Assembly (NCBI GenBank): GCA_964252075.1
Contig: CAXULY010000057.1
Span: 1-28,001 of the forward strand
Origin: an uncultured Deinococcaceae bacterium
GTDB lineage: Bacteria; Deinococcota; Deinococci; Deinococcales; Deinococcaceae
Length of the DNA: 28,001 bases
Direction: 5' to 3'
The notes under the pieces are model-generated. The model saw only the letters and a list, made by a program, of their open reading frames with translations, was not told where the DNA came from and ran no database searches. The position numbers and the translations under genes are program-made. Positions 8,076 through 15,451 of this stretch are shown piece by piece; the stretch's first letter is position 1; each line of letters opens with the position of its first letter.

Positions 8076-8442
8076 ACAAATGGAGGCCGGACTCAACCTC
8101 GTGTTTCACGCCCTCGCTGACCCCACGCGGCGCACCCTGCTCCAGCACCTCCAGTACCACGACCGCACCATCACCCACCTCGCGCAGCACTTCGACATGT
8201 CCTTCGCCGCGGTGTCCAAGCACCTGCGCGTCCTCGAGCGGGCCGGACTCCTGAGTCGCCGCGTTGTGGGCCGCGCCCACCACCTCCGCGCGAACCCCGC
8301 CCCCCTCGCCGCCGCCGACCGCTGGATTCAGACCCAGCTGCCCCTCTGGACGGAACGCCTCAACGCCCTGGAGGACTACCTTGAGGAACTGGACGAGGGC
8401 GAATCCACACGCGACGCCGCACACCCCGAGGAGCGCCCTTGA
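8068..8442 (+). CDS. ArsR/SmtB family transcriptional regulator (SRPBCC-associated type)
   Basis: VFHALADPTRR..L, and HTH LAQHFDMSFAAVSKHLRVLERAGL. Start at ATG 8068 (or 8080). Confidence 0.92.
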   Translation: MVEQMEAGLNLVFHALADPTRRTLLQHLQYHDRTITHLAQHFDMSFAAVSKHLRVLERAGLLSRRVVGRAHHLRANPAPLAAADRWIQTQLPLWTERLNALEDYLEELDEGESTRDAAHPEERP

Positions 8443-8957
8443 TCCTTCCCCTGGATGGTCTCCCGACGCAACCGGACCGCGAACTCCTCATCACGCGCCA
8501 CCTCCGCAAGCCCCGCGCCGTGGTCTTCCGGGCGTGGACGCAGGCCGAGCATCTCGCGCGCTGGTGGGGACCGCGGGGCTTCACCATCACCACGCACCAC
8601 ATCGACGTCACGCCCGGCGGCACCTGGCACTTCACCATGCACGGCCCGGACGGCACGGATCACGACAACACCATCGTGTACCGCGAGGTCGCGCCCCCCG
8701 AACGCTTGCGTTACGTGCACCTCGGCGATGACGGCGCACCGGCCTTCCACACCACCGTCACGTTCGCGGACCGGGATGGGCACACCGAACTGACCATGCG
8801 CATGGTCTTCCCCACCGCGGAGGCGCTCAATCAGGTGCGGCCTCACGCGGAACCCGGCGCGCGCTCCACCCTGGACCGCCTCGCGGAACTCCTCGACTAC
8901 CCGCACTTCAGGCCCTCAGCGGAGCCGCGCGCACCGCGCCCGGAGGACATCCTATGA
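8439..8957 (+). CDS. SRPBCC / AHSA1-like (START-fold) ligand-binding protein
   Basis: RELLITR, VFRAWT..EHLARWWGPRGF, GGTWHFTMHGPDG, YREVAPPERL. TTG start overlaps the ArsR TGA. Confidence 0.9.
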   Translation: MILPLDGLPTQPDRELLITRHLRKPRAVVFRAWTQAEHLARWWGPRGFTITTHHIDVTPGGTWHFTMHGPDGTDHDNTIVYREVAPPERLRYVHLGDDGAPAFHTTVTFADRDGHTELTMRMVFPTAEALNQVRPHAEPGARSTLDRLAELLDYPHFRPSAEPRAPRPEDIL

Positions 8958-9526
8958 GATCACTCGTCCTGTTCTCGCACTCGTCCCTCGACGGCCTCGT
9001 GCAGGGGCCCACCCCGTGGGACCTCAGCTGGATCCGGTACGGCCCGGACCTGGAGGGCTTCGCGGCGCACGCCCTCAGCACCGCCAGCACCGTCGTGTGG
9101 GGCCGCGTGACGTACGAAGGCATGCTGAGCCACTGGACGACCGTGCCGGGAAACCCGGACAGTTCCGCGCACGAACGCCAGCACGCTGCCTGGCTGGAGG
9201 GAACGGACAAGGTCGTGGTCTCCACCACCGTGCGGCACAGTGACTGGGCGCGCACGCGGTTCATCGCCGATCACGTGCCCGAGGCGATCGCGCAGCTGAA
9301 GCGGGAGGGCGGCGGCGACATTGTGGTGATGGGCAGCCCCAGCGTGGCGCACACCCTGATGCAGCGCGACCTCATCGACGAGTACCGCCTCACGGTGAGT
9401 CCGGTGGTGCTGGGCGGCGGCACCCCGCTGTTCGCGCCCGGCGGGCCGCGACAGGACCTGCACCTCGTCGCCTCGACGCCGTTCCCATCGGGGCTCCTGG
9501 GGCTGACGTACCGCCGGACGCGGTGA
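8954..9526 (+). CDS. Dihydrofolate reductase / RibD C-terminal-like protein
   Basis: SLDG, GRVTYE, KVVVSTT, LKREGGGDIVVMGS, LIDEYRL.V.PVVLGGG.PLF. ATGA overlap with the upstream gene. Confidence 0.9.
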   Translation: MRSLVLFSHSSLDGLVQGPTPWDLSWIRYGPDLEGFAAHALSTASTVVWGRVTYEGMLSHWTTVPGNPDSSAHERQHAAWLEGTDKVVVSTTVRHSDWARTRFIADHVPEAIAQLKREGGGDIVVMGSPSVAHTLMQRDLIDEYRLTVSPVVLGGGTPLFAPGGPRQDLHLVASTPFPSGLLGLTYRRTR

Positions 9527-9645
9527 CGCTCACCCGGGCGCCGCGCCCACGGTCGCCCACGGTGGTCAGTCCGCTCCTGGCGTGCCGCGGGTGGTTTGAA
9601 TCCAGCCGCGCGTCCCGTGCGTACCAGAAGGTGGAGGTACAGAGG

Positions 9646-10020
9646 ATGCAGATGAAGCGACTGTTGGGACTCACCGCCGTGGGCCTCTCGATGCTGCTGG
9701 CCAGCCCCCTGGCGCGCGCGCAGGGTGAATTCAAGCCGCAGGTGGTGCAGGTGAAGCTCGCCGAGTGGACGATGGGCATGGCGGACATGACAGTCAAGGG
9801 CCCCGCGCAGTTCGACGTGACGAACGTCGGGAAGTACCCGCACGTCTTCACCATCATGGGCAAGGTCGGCGGGCAGGACGTCATGATCTCCTCCACCCTC
9901 CTCAAGGCGGGCGAGAAGACCAGCCTGACGGTGGCGCTGCCCGCCGGGACGTACACCGTGCTGTGCCCCATCCCCGGCCACGAGGACAAGGGCATGAAAG
10001 GCACCCTCACCATTCAGTGA
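9646..10020 (+). CDS. Exported cupredoxin (type-1 blue copper protein)
   Basis: Signal peptide; N.GKYPH (His ligand); YTVLCPIPGHEDKGM (Cys, His, Met ligands). RBS GGAGG at 9633-9637. Confidence 0.88.
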   Translation: MQMKRLLGLTAVGLSMLLASPLARAQGEFKPQVVQVKLAEWTMGMADMTVKGPAQFDVTNVGKYPHVFTIMGKVGGQDVMISSTLLKAGEKTSLTVALPAGTYTVLCPIPGHEDKGMKGTLTIQ

Positions 10021-10039
10021 CGACCGCCCGGTGCGGCTG

Positions 10040-10081
10040 ACGTGAGGGAGGGGCGGTGCGTGCACCGCCCCTCCCTCACGT
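10040..10081. terminator. Perfect 20-bp inverted repeat between convergent genes (bidirectional terminator-like)
   Basis: ACGTGAGGGAGGGGCGGTGC-gt-GCACCGCCCCTCCCTCACGT. Confidence 0.75.
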
Positions 10082-10129
10082 GTTGTGCCGCCGTGATGGC
10101 GAACGACCGCGCGCCTGAACGCGGGGCGC

Positions 10130-11362
10130 TTACCGCGTCGCGACTGGACCGAGCACGACGCCGGCGCCAGCCACCTTGTTCAGCCACAGGCTCCGCTCGG
10201 CCGCCTCGCTGTCCTCGGTGATAGGACCGGCCACCGTGCGGTTGCCGCTGCACGCGTTCCCGAGGTCCTTCGCGGCGCAGCCGGGGAACCACGAGGGGTT
10301 CTGCGCGGTCTTCGACGTAAGGGGCCGCGCCCAGCCCACCACGTTGTTCGTGATGGCGTTGTTGTAGAAGGTGCCGTTGCGCGTGTCGCCGTACATGTCC
10401 CACAGCATCAGGCCGACGTTCTGCGCCTGGATGGGCGTGCCGTCCGGCAGGTAACCGCTGGCGATCACGCGGTTGTTGAACGCGCGGATGTCGTGCCCCG
10501 CGAGAATCGCGATGCCCTCGTTCGTGGTGCCGATCACCTGGTTGTCGTGCGCGGTGATGTACGCCACCGCGCCGTCCTTTGTGCTGGACTGGCCGTCACC
10601 GAGCATCATGCCGCCGCCCCCGTAACGGCCGGTCGCAGCCTGGGTCGGGAAGGCGCCCTGGATGTAGTTGTCATGGATGTCGATGGGGCTCTGCTCGGTG
10701 CCGCTTGCGCTGAACATGTTGATGACCTCCTCGGGGCGGCTCTGCCCCGGGGTGTTCACCACCTCATTCCATGCGATCTCCGCACCGATCAGGTGCTTGA
10801 GGTCGTTGAACTGAACGAACTGGACGCGGTAGAAGCCGGTGTCGGAGAACCTGTCGGGGCCGTCGCTGTAGCGCCCGTCGATGTTCAGCGCGCGGTTGCG
10901 CAGGATCTTCACGGTCTGCCCCTTGCTCGGGCTGCCGAGGAACTTGCGGAAGTACATGCCCGCCGTGCCCACCATCTCGTTGTTCTCCACCACCGCATTG
11001 CGGAACTCCTCCAGGTGCAGGAAGTACCCGGGGTGCATCCTGGAGGTCGCGGGCAGGCCCGGATTGAGCGCCTCACCGTGCACGTTGCGCACCGTGACGT
11101 CCGCCTTGTCGTAGCGGCTGCGGATGAGGGGGCCCTTGCTGCGGATGTTGGCGTTCTCGATGATCACCGGCTCGCTCGTGGCGATCTCGATGGCGGCCGT
11201 GCCCGGGTCCATGCTCTGGAAGTTCCCGCTGTATGTCCCCCCCTTCGTGATCCGGATGGGGTCGCTGTACGTGAGGGCGCCCGACTGGGCGCGGGCGGTT
11301 GCGAGCAGGGACGCGGCGAGCAGCAGGGCCGGTGCGGCCGCCCGGAAGGTGGGGTGCTTCAT
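10130..11362 (-). CDS. Secreted protein, probable right-handed parallel beta-helix (pectin lyase-like fold)
   Basis: Signal peptide (MKHPTFRAAAPALLLAASLLATARA). Asn/Ile/Val/Gly-rich rung-like repeats: VIIENANI, VVENNEM, IAWNEV, IHDNYIQG, AHDNQVIG, AFNNRVI, ITNNVVG. Confidence 0.75.
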   Translation of the reverse strand: MKHPTFRAAAPALLLAASLLATARAQSGALTYSDPIRITKGGTYSGNFQSMDPGTAAIEIATSEPVIIENANIRSKGPLIRSRYDKADVTVRNVHGEALNPGLPATSRMHPGYFLHLEEFRNAVVENNEMVGTAGMYFRKFLGSPSKGQTVKILRNRALNIDGRYSDGPDRFSDTGFYRVQFVQFNDLKHLIGAEIAWNEVVNTPGQSRPEEVINMFSASGTEQSPIDIHDNYIQGAFPTQAATGRYGGGGMMLGDGQSSTKDGAVAYITAHDNQVIGTTNEGIAILAGHDIRAFNNRVIASGYLPDGTPIQAQNVGLMLWDMYGDTRNGTFYNNAITNNVVGWARPLTSKTAQNPSWFPGCAAKDLGNACSGNRTVAGPITEDSEAAERSLWLNKVAGAGVVLGPVATR

Positions 11363-11592
11363 GGCGGCAGTGTGCGCGCGGCGGCGTCTCACATTCATCA
11401 ACGACTTGCACGCCCAGCGCTACGCGAGCGACTCAGGGCGGTAGGCACCGCGCCACGTGATTGGCGGCGTGCAGCGCCTAAGGTGGGTGGGCATCCGCGC
11501 CTCCCATCTCGGTATTAAGCGGGACTGTTCCTGTGAGGCGGGCGGTGAAACACGTCAGGGGCTGACGGGCATTCACGTTACGCTACCGGCAT

Positions 11593-12168
11593 ATGACACA
11601 CGTGCTGTTGTTTCACCATGCGCAAGGCCAGACGCCCGGCTTCCTCGCGTTCGCGGACCAGGTGCGGCAGGCGGGGCACACCGTGCACACGCCGGACCTC
11701 TACCAGGGCCGCACCTTCGACACGCTCGAAGCGGGCATCGCGCATGCCCGCTCACTTGGCTTCGAGGACCTCCTGGAGGCCGGGGTGAAGGCCGCGGACG
11801 GCCTGCCCGACGACCTGGTGTACGCGGGCTTCTCGCTCGGCGTGATGCCCGCGCAGCGCCTCGCGCAGACGCGGCTGGGCGCGCGCGGGGCGCTCCTCAT
11901 CAGCGGCTGCCTGCCCTTCGAGGAGTTCTCGCCCGCGTGGCCGTCGGCGGTGCCCGTGCAGGTGCACGCCATGGACGCCGACCCGCTCTTCGTGGATGAC
12001 GGCGACCTGGATGCCGCGCGCGCACTGGTGACTTCCGCGGCGTACGCGGAGCTGTTCCTGTACCCGGGTGAGCAGCACCTGTTCGCGGACCGCAGCCTGC
12101 CGTCGTACGACGCCGGGGCGAGCGCGCTGCTCATGGAGCGCGTTCTGGCCTTCCTCAGCCAGCACTGA
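11593..12168 (+). CDS. Dienelactone hydrolase family alpha/beta hydrolase
   Basis: LFHHAQG, PDLY.G, nucleophile elbow GFSLG, Asp in MDADP, His in YPGEQHLF. Confidence 0.9.
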   Translation: MTHVLLFHHAQGQTPGFLAFADQVRQAGHTVHTPDLYQGRTFDTLEAGIAHARSLGFEDLLEAGVKAADGLPDDLVYAGFSLGVMPAQRLAQTRLGARGALLISGCLPFEEFSPAWPSAVPVQVHAMDADPLFVDDGDLDAARALVTSAAYAELFLYPGEQHLFADRSLPSYDAGASALLMERVLAFLSQH

Positions 12169-12472
12169 CTAGGCGAGGGGCACGGATTGGACTTCGGCCT
12201 CCGCTGCCAGACGCTGAGCCTGTGGTTCACGCCGAGCGTGAGCGGCAAGATTGGTGCGAGCCTGGACTTCACGATCTGGCCATGGTCGCATTGGGCTTCA
12301 AAGTGCCGAAGCCACGCCGGGTCAAACCATCAAACAGTCCACGGAACACCAAGGCGAACGTCCAGGGCAGCGAGTGCGTCGGTGTCGATGCACTCGCTGG
12401 CGTTTGAAGGCAAAATTAACGAAAATGTCGACGCAATAGAGTGGCAGCGGGTGGAGCACGAAGCGCGTGCAG

Positions 12473-12516
12473 GCGGCGCACTCCGGGGGCCACCGATTCG
12501 CCCCGGAGTGCGCTGC
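12473..12516 (-). terminator. GC-rich hairpin just downstream of the SDR gene
   Basis: GCGGCGCACTCCGGGG...CCCCGGAGTGCGCTGC, 6 nt beyond the stop at 12523. Confidence 0.55.
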
Positions 12517-12522
12517 GCCGCT

Positions 12523-13419
12523 TCACGCTGGGAGGGTGAAGTAGTGGCCCTGGTCGAGGTCAGCGATGAGGCCGGGGTGGGTTGGCTGCCAGCCCAGCTG
12601 TGCGCGCGTCAGGGCGCTGGAGGCGAGCATGTCGGCGGCGAGAAAGCGGCCGAGCCAGCCGAAGTGCGCGTCGGCGTCCTCGGTGGGGACGGAGACGACG
12701 GGCAGGTTCAGGTGCCGACCGATCACCTCCGCGATCTCCCGGATGGGGACGCCCTCTTCCGCGGCGCCGTGCAGGACGGAGCCGGGGGCGGCCTGTTCGG
12801 CCGTGAGGCGGAAGAGGCGGGCGGCGTCCAGGCGATGCACGGCCGGCCAGTGGTTGTCGCCGCTGCCGATGTAGCCGGACACGCCCTTCTGGCGGGCGAT
12901 GCCGATCAGCGCGGCGATGAAGCCGGGGTCGCCCTCGCCGTGGACCGTTGGGGCGAGCCGCACGACGGCGGAGCGCACGCCCTGGGTGACGAGGTCAAGT
13001 GCCACCTGGGCGGCGGCGGCGCGGGGGTGAACGGCGGGGTCCGGCCGGTCGAGTTCGGTGGCGGCGCGCCCTGAGGCGATCCCGAGGAGGCCGGAGGCAA
13101 TGACGAGGGGCCGGTCCGAGCCCGCGAGGGCCTCCCCCATGGTGCCGATGGCCTGACGGTCGGTCTGGGCGGCGGCGGCGGGCTGGGAGAAGTCGTGGTT
13201 GTACGCGAGGTGAATGACGCCGTCCGAGGCGGCGGCGCCAGAGCGCAGGCTTTCCGGGTCGTCGAGTGAACCGCGGTGCACGGTGGCGCCCGCGGCGCTG
13301 AGGGCGGCGGCGGCGGCGTCCGAGCGGGCCAGGCCGATCACCTCGTGGCCGGCGCTCAGGAGTTCGGGGACGACGGCGGAGCCGATGAAGCCGGATGCAC
13401 CCGTGACGAAAATGCGCAT
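12523..13419 (-). CDS. NAD(P)-dependent epimerase/dehydratase (atypical SDR)
   Basis: MRIFVTGASGFIGSAV Rossmann motif, DGVIHLA, WPAVHRLDAARLF, LGWQP. Confidence 0.92.
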   Translation of the reverse strand: MRIFVTGASGFIGSAVVPELLSAGHEVIGLARSDAAAAALSAAGATVHRGSLDDPESLRSGAAASDGVIHLAYNHDFSQPAAAAQTDRQAIGTMGEALAGSDRPLVIASGLLGIASGRAATELDRPDPAVHPRAAAAQVALDLVTQGVRSAVVRLAPTVHGEGDPGFIAALIGIARQKGVSGYIGSGDNHWPAVHRLDAARLFRLTAEQAAPGSVLHGAAEEGVPIREIAEVIGRHLNLPVVSVPTEDADAHFGWLGRFLAADMLASSALTRAQLGWQPTHPGLIADLDQGHYFTLPA

Positions 13420-13544
13420 GGTGGAATCTCCTGTGCCCGAGAGGGGCGTGAGCGGCGTGGTGGGGAGGTTGGCTGCCGTCGAGGCGGCGCGGGCTGTGGA
13501 GGGCGCAGGGTGTCAATGAGTCGTGGTTCCATGCCCGGTCGGCG

Positions 13545-13607
13545 CTGATGACAGCCACTGACATCGAGAGTGTATACCAAATGTCAGTGGCTGTCATCAG
13601 GTAAACT
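13545..13607. promoter_or_regulatory. Divergent promoter with two inverted TetR operators
   Basis: Perfect 20-bp inverted repeat CTGATGACAGCCACTGACAT-N16-ATGTCAGTGGCTGTCATCAG (13545-13600). Each arm is itself a near palindrome (ATGACAG-N3-CTGACAT). The -10 TACACT is on the - strand in the spacer (13569-13574), and TAAACT is on the + strand at 13602-13607. Confidence 0.8.
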
Positions 13608-13613
13608 GTGGGC

Positions 13614-14180
13614 ATGGGTCGCTGGAGCACCAACACGCGCGGCCGACTCGAGCAGGCGGCGCTGCAGCTGTACATCGAACGGGGGTTCGAGCAGACCACC
13701 GTGGCTGAAATCGCGGCGCAGGCCGGTCTGACGGAACGCACCTTCTTCCGGCACTTCGCGGACAAACGCGAGGTGCTGTTCGGCGGGGCGCACCTGCTGC
13801 AGGAACTCGTGATGCGCGCCCTCGCGGACGCCCCCGCCGACGCGTCCCCCATGGACGCGGTCGTGGCGGGCCTCAAGGCGGCGGGCGGGGTGTTCCAGGA
13901 GAACGCCGAGCGGTCCAGGAAGCGCCAGACGGTCATTGAGGCCCACCCTGAGCTGCAGGCCCGCGAGTTGAGCAAACTCGCGGCCCTCGGCGCGGCGCTC
14001 GCCGAGGGCCTGCGCGCGCGCGGGCTTCCCGAGCCCGCCGCGGGCGTGGCGGCCGAGGCGGGCCTCGTGGTGTTCAAGACCGCCTTCGACCGCTGGATTC
14101 ACGGCACGGACCAGCGAACGTGGGACCAGCTCGTTCAGCAGTCCCTGACGGACCTCCGGGCGGTCGTGGCGGGGGCGTGA
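13614..14180 (+). CDS. TetR family transcriptional regulator
   Basis: GFEQTTVAEIAAQAGLTERTFFRHFADKREVLF HTH; divergent from the SDR gene. Confidence 0.93.
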   Translation: MGRWSTNTRGRLEQAALQLYIERGFEQTTVAEIAAQAGLTERTFFRHFADKREVLFGGAHLLQELVMRALADAPADASPMDAVVAGLKAAGGVFQENAERSRKRQTVIEAHPELQARELSKLAALGAALAEGLRARGLPEPAAGVAAEAGLVVFKTAFDRWIHGTDQRTWDQLVQQSLTDLRAVVAGA

Positions 14181-14238
14181 CCGCCGGGCGGAAAGAACCC
14201 ACGGAGGAAGGACGCGAAGTCTGGAGCGCCTGCGGGCC

Positions 14239-14715
14239 TCAGAGGGTCGCCTCCGGGTCGCCGAGCAGGTGGTGGAGGGCGGCGTTCAGCTGGGTCCACA
14301 GGTCCGCGCCCAGCACGGACTGGTATTCGTTCTCGATGGAGCGCTTGACCTGCTGGGCGTCCAGCAGGTACCGCCAGCCGGCGGCGGTGAATTGCACGCG
14401 GGTGGCGCGGCCGTCCGCGGGGTCAGGCTGGCGCTCCACGTAACCGTGCGCTTCGAGTTCCGCGACGAGCTGACCGGCCGCCTGTTTGGTCATGCCGGCC
14501 CGCTCGGCCAGGGTAACGATGCGGGTGCCGCCGGTGTCGAGGTGCGGCAGCAGATTGGTGTGCGCGAGGCTGAGCGCGGTGTGGCCCTGCGCCTGGAGTT
14601 TCTCGAGGGCGAGGACGTTGTAGGCGCGGGCGGCGCGGTGCAGCAGGCGCCCGATGTGCTGCTGGCGGGCCGCTTCGAGGGTGGCTGGGTCGGGTGTGCT
14701 GGTCAAAATGGTCAT
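14239..14715 (-). CDS. MarR family transcriptional regulator
   Basis: LAERAGMTKQAAGQLVAELEAHGYVERQPDPADGRA winged HTH. Confidence 0.92.
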   Translation of the reverse strand: MTILTSTPDPATLEAARQQHIGRLLHRAARAYNVLALEKLQAQGHTALSLAHTNLLPHLDTGGTRIVTLAERAGMTKQAAGQLVAELEAHGYVERQPDPADGRATRVQFTAAGWRYLLDAQQVKRSIENEYQSVLGADLWTQLNAALHHLLGDPEATL

Positions 14716-14720
14716 CCCCC

Positions 14721-14749
14721 TTGTCTAATTCGACAGGTAGCCTTACTAT
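14721..14749 (+). promoter_or_regulatory. Sigma70-type promoter for the cupin gene
   Basis: TTGTCT-N17-TACTAT, with RBS AGGAGG upstream of ATG 14786. Confidence 0.55.
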
Positions 14750-14785
14750 AACGCCGGGTCTGCCCGCGCGGACCCAGGAGGCCCC

Positions 14786-15163
14786 ATGATCATCATCCGC
14801 AGCCACGACACCCGAACCATCGAAACCCCCAACGGCAACCACGGCACCAGCCTTGCCACCCCACGCCTCGGCGCCACCCAGGTCACCGTGGTCCGCCAGC
14901 GCCAGACGCCCGGCGGCCACAACCCCACCCACCAGCAGAGCCACGAGGAGGTCATGGTGCTGCTGTCCGGCCACGTGCAGGCCAGCAGCGGCGAGGACCG
15001 CGCGGAACTGCGCGCCGGCGACACCCTGATCGTCCCCGCCCTCACCCCACACCGCATCGACAACATCGGCGGCACGGACGCCGAGTGGCTCATCATCTCC
15101 CCCGCCGGCATGCGGATCTATCGCGAGACCGGAGAACCCGCCAGCCCCCCCTGGCTTGAGTGA
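14786..15163 (+). CDS. Cupin-2 domain protein
   Basis: PTHQQSHEEVMVLLSG and GDTLIVPALTPHRIDN cupin motifs 1 and 2. Confidence 0.88.
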   Translation: MIIIRSHDTRTIETPNGNHGTSLATPRLGATQVTVVRQRQTPGGHNPTHQQSHEEVMVLLSGHVQASSGEDRAELRAGDTLIVPALTPHRIDNIGGTDAEWLIISPAGMRIYRETGEPASPPWLE

Positions 15164-15283
15164 AGCGCGGTGAACCCCGGGCATGCCGGGCGCCGCACCC
15201 GTCTCCTCTTCCGCGATGCACCCTCACCAGGCATCCGGTCTCGTCACATCCACATCCTCGCCCGGTGGGTACAACCAGGTGAG

Positions 15284-15442
15284 GTGCGACCCCATCCGGC
15301 GGTCTCCCTGTGCGCCTTCGCGGGCGTGTTCCTGCTGCTGTGGTCCGCCCGTGGCGAGGCGGTGAACGACCCCTGGGGCTATGTGCTGTTCACGCTGCTG
15401 CTGCTCGGCGTCACGGCCCTCGGCGCGAGCGGCAAGGGCTGA
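15284..15442 (+). CDS. Small two-TM membrane protein (start uncertain)
   Basis: VSLCAFAGVFLLLW and WGYVLFTLLLLGVTALG are hydrophobic segments. GTG 15284 is in frame with the 15170 ORF. Confidence 0.5.
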   Translation: MRPHPAVSLCAFAGVFLLLWSARGEAVNDPWGYVLFTLLLLGVTALGASGKG

Positions 15443-15451
15443 CGGGCGCAC

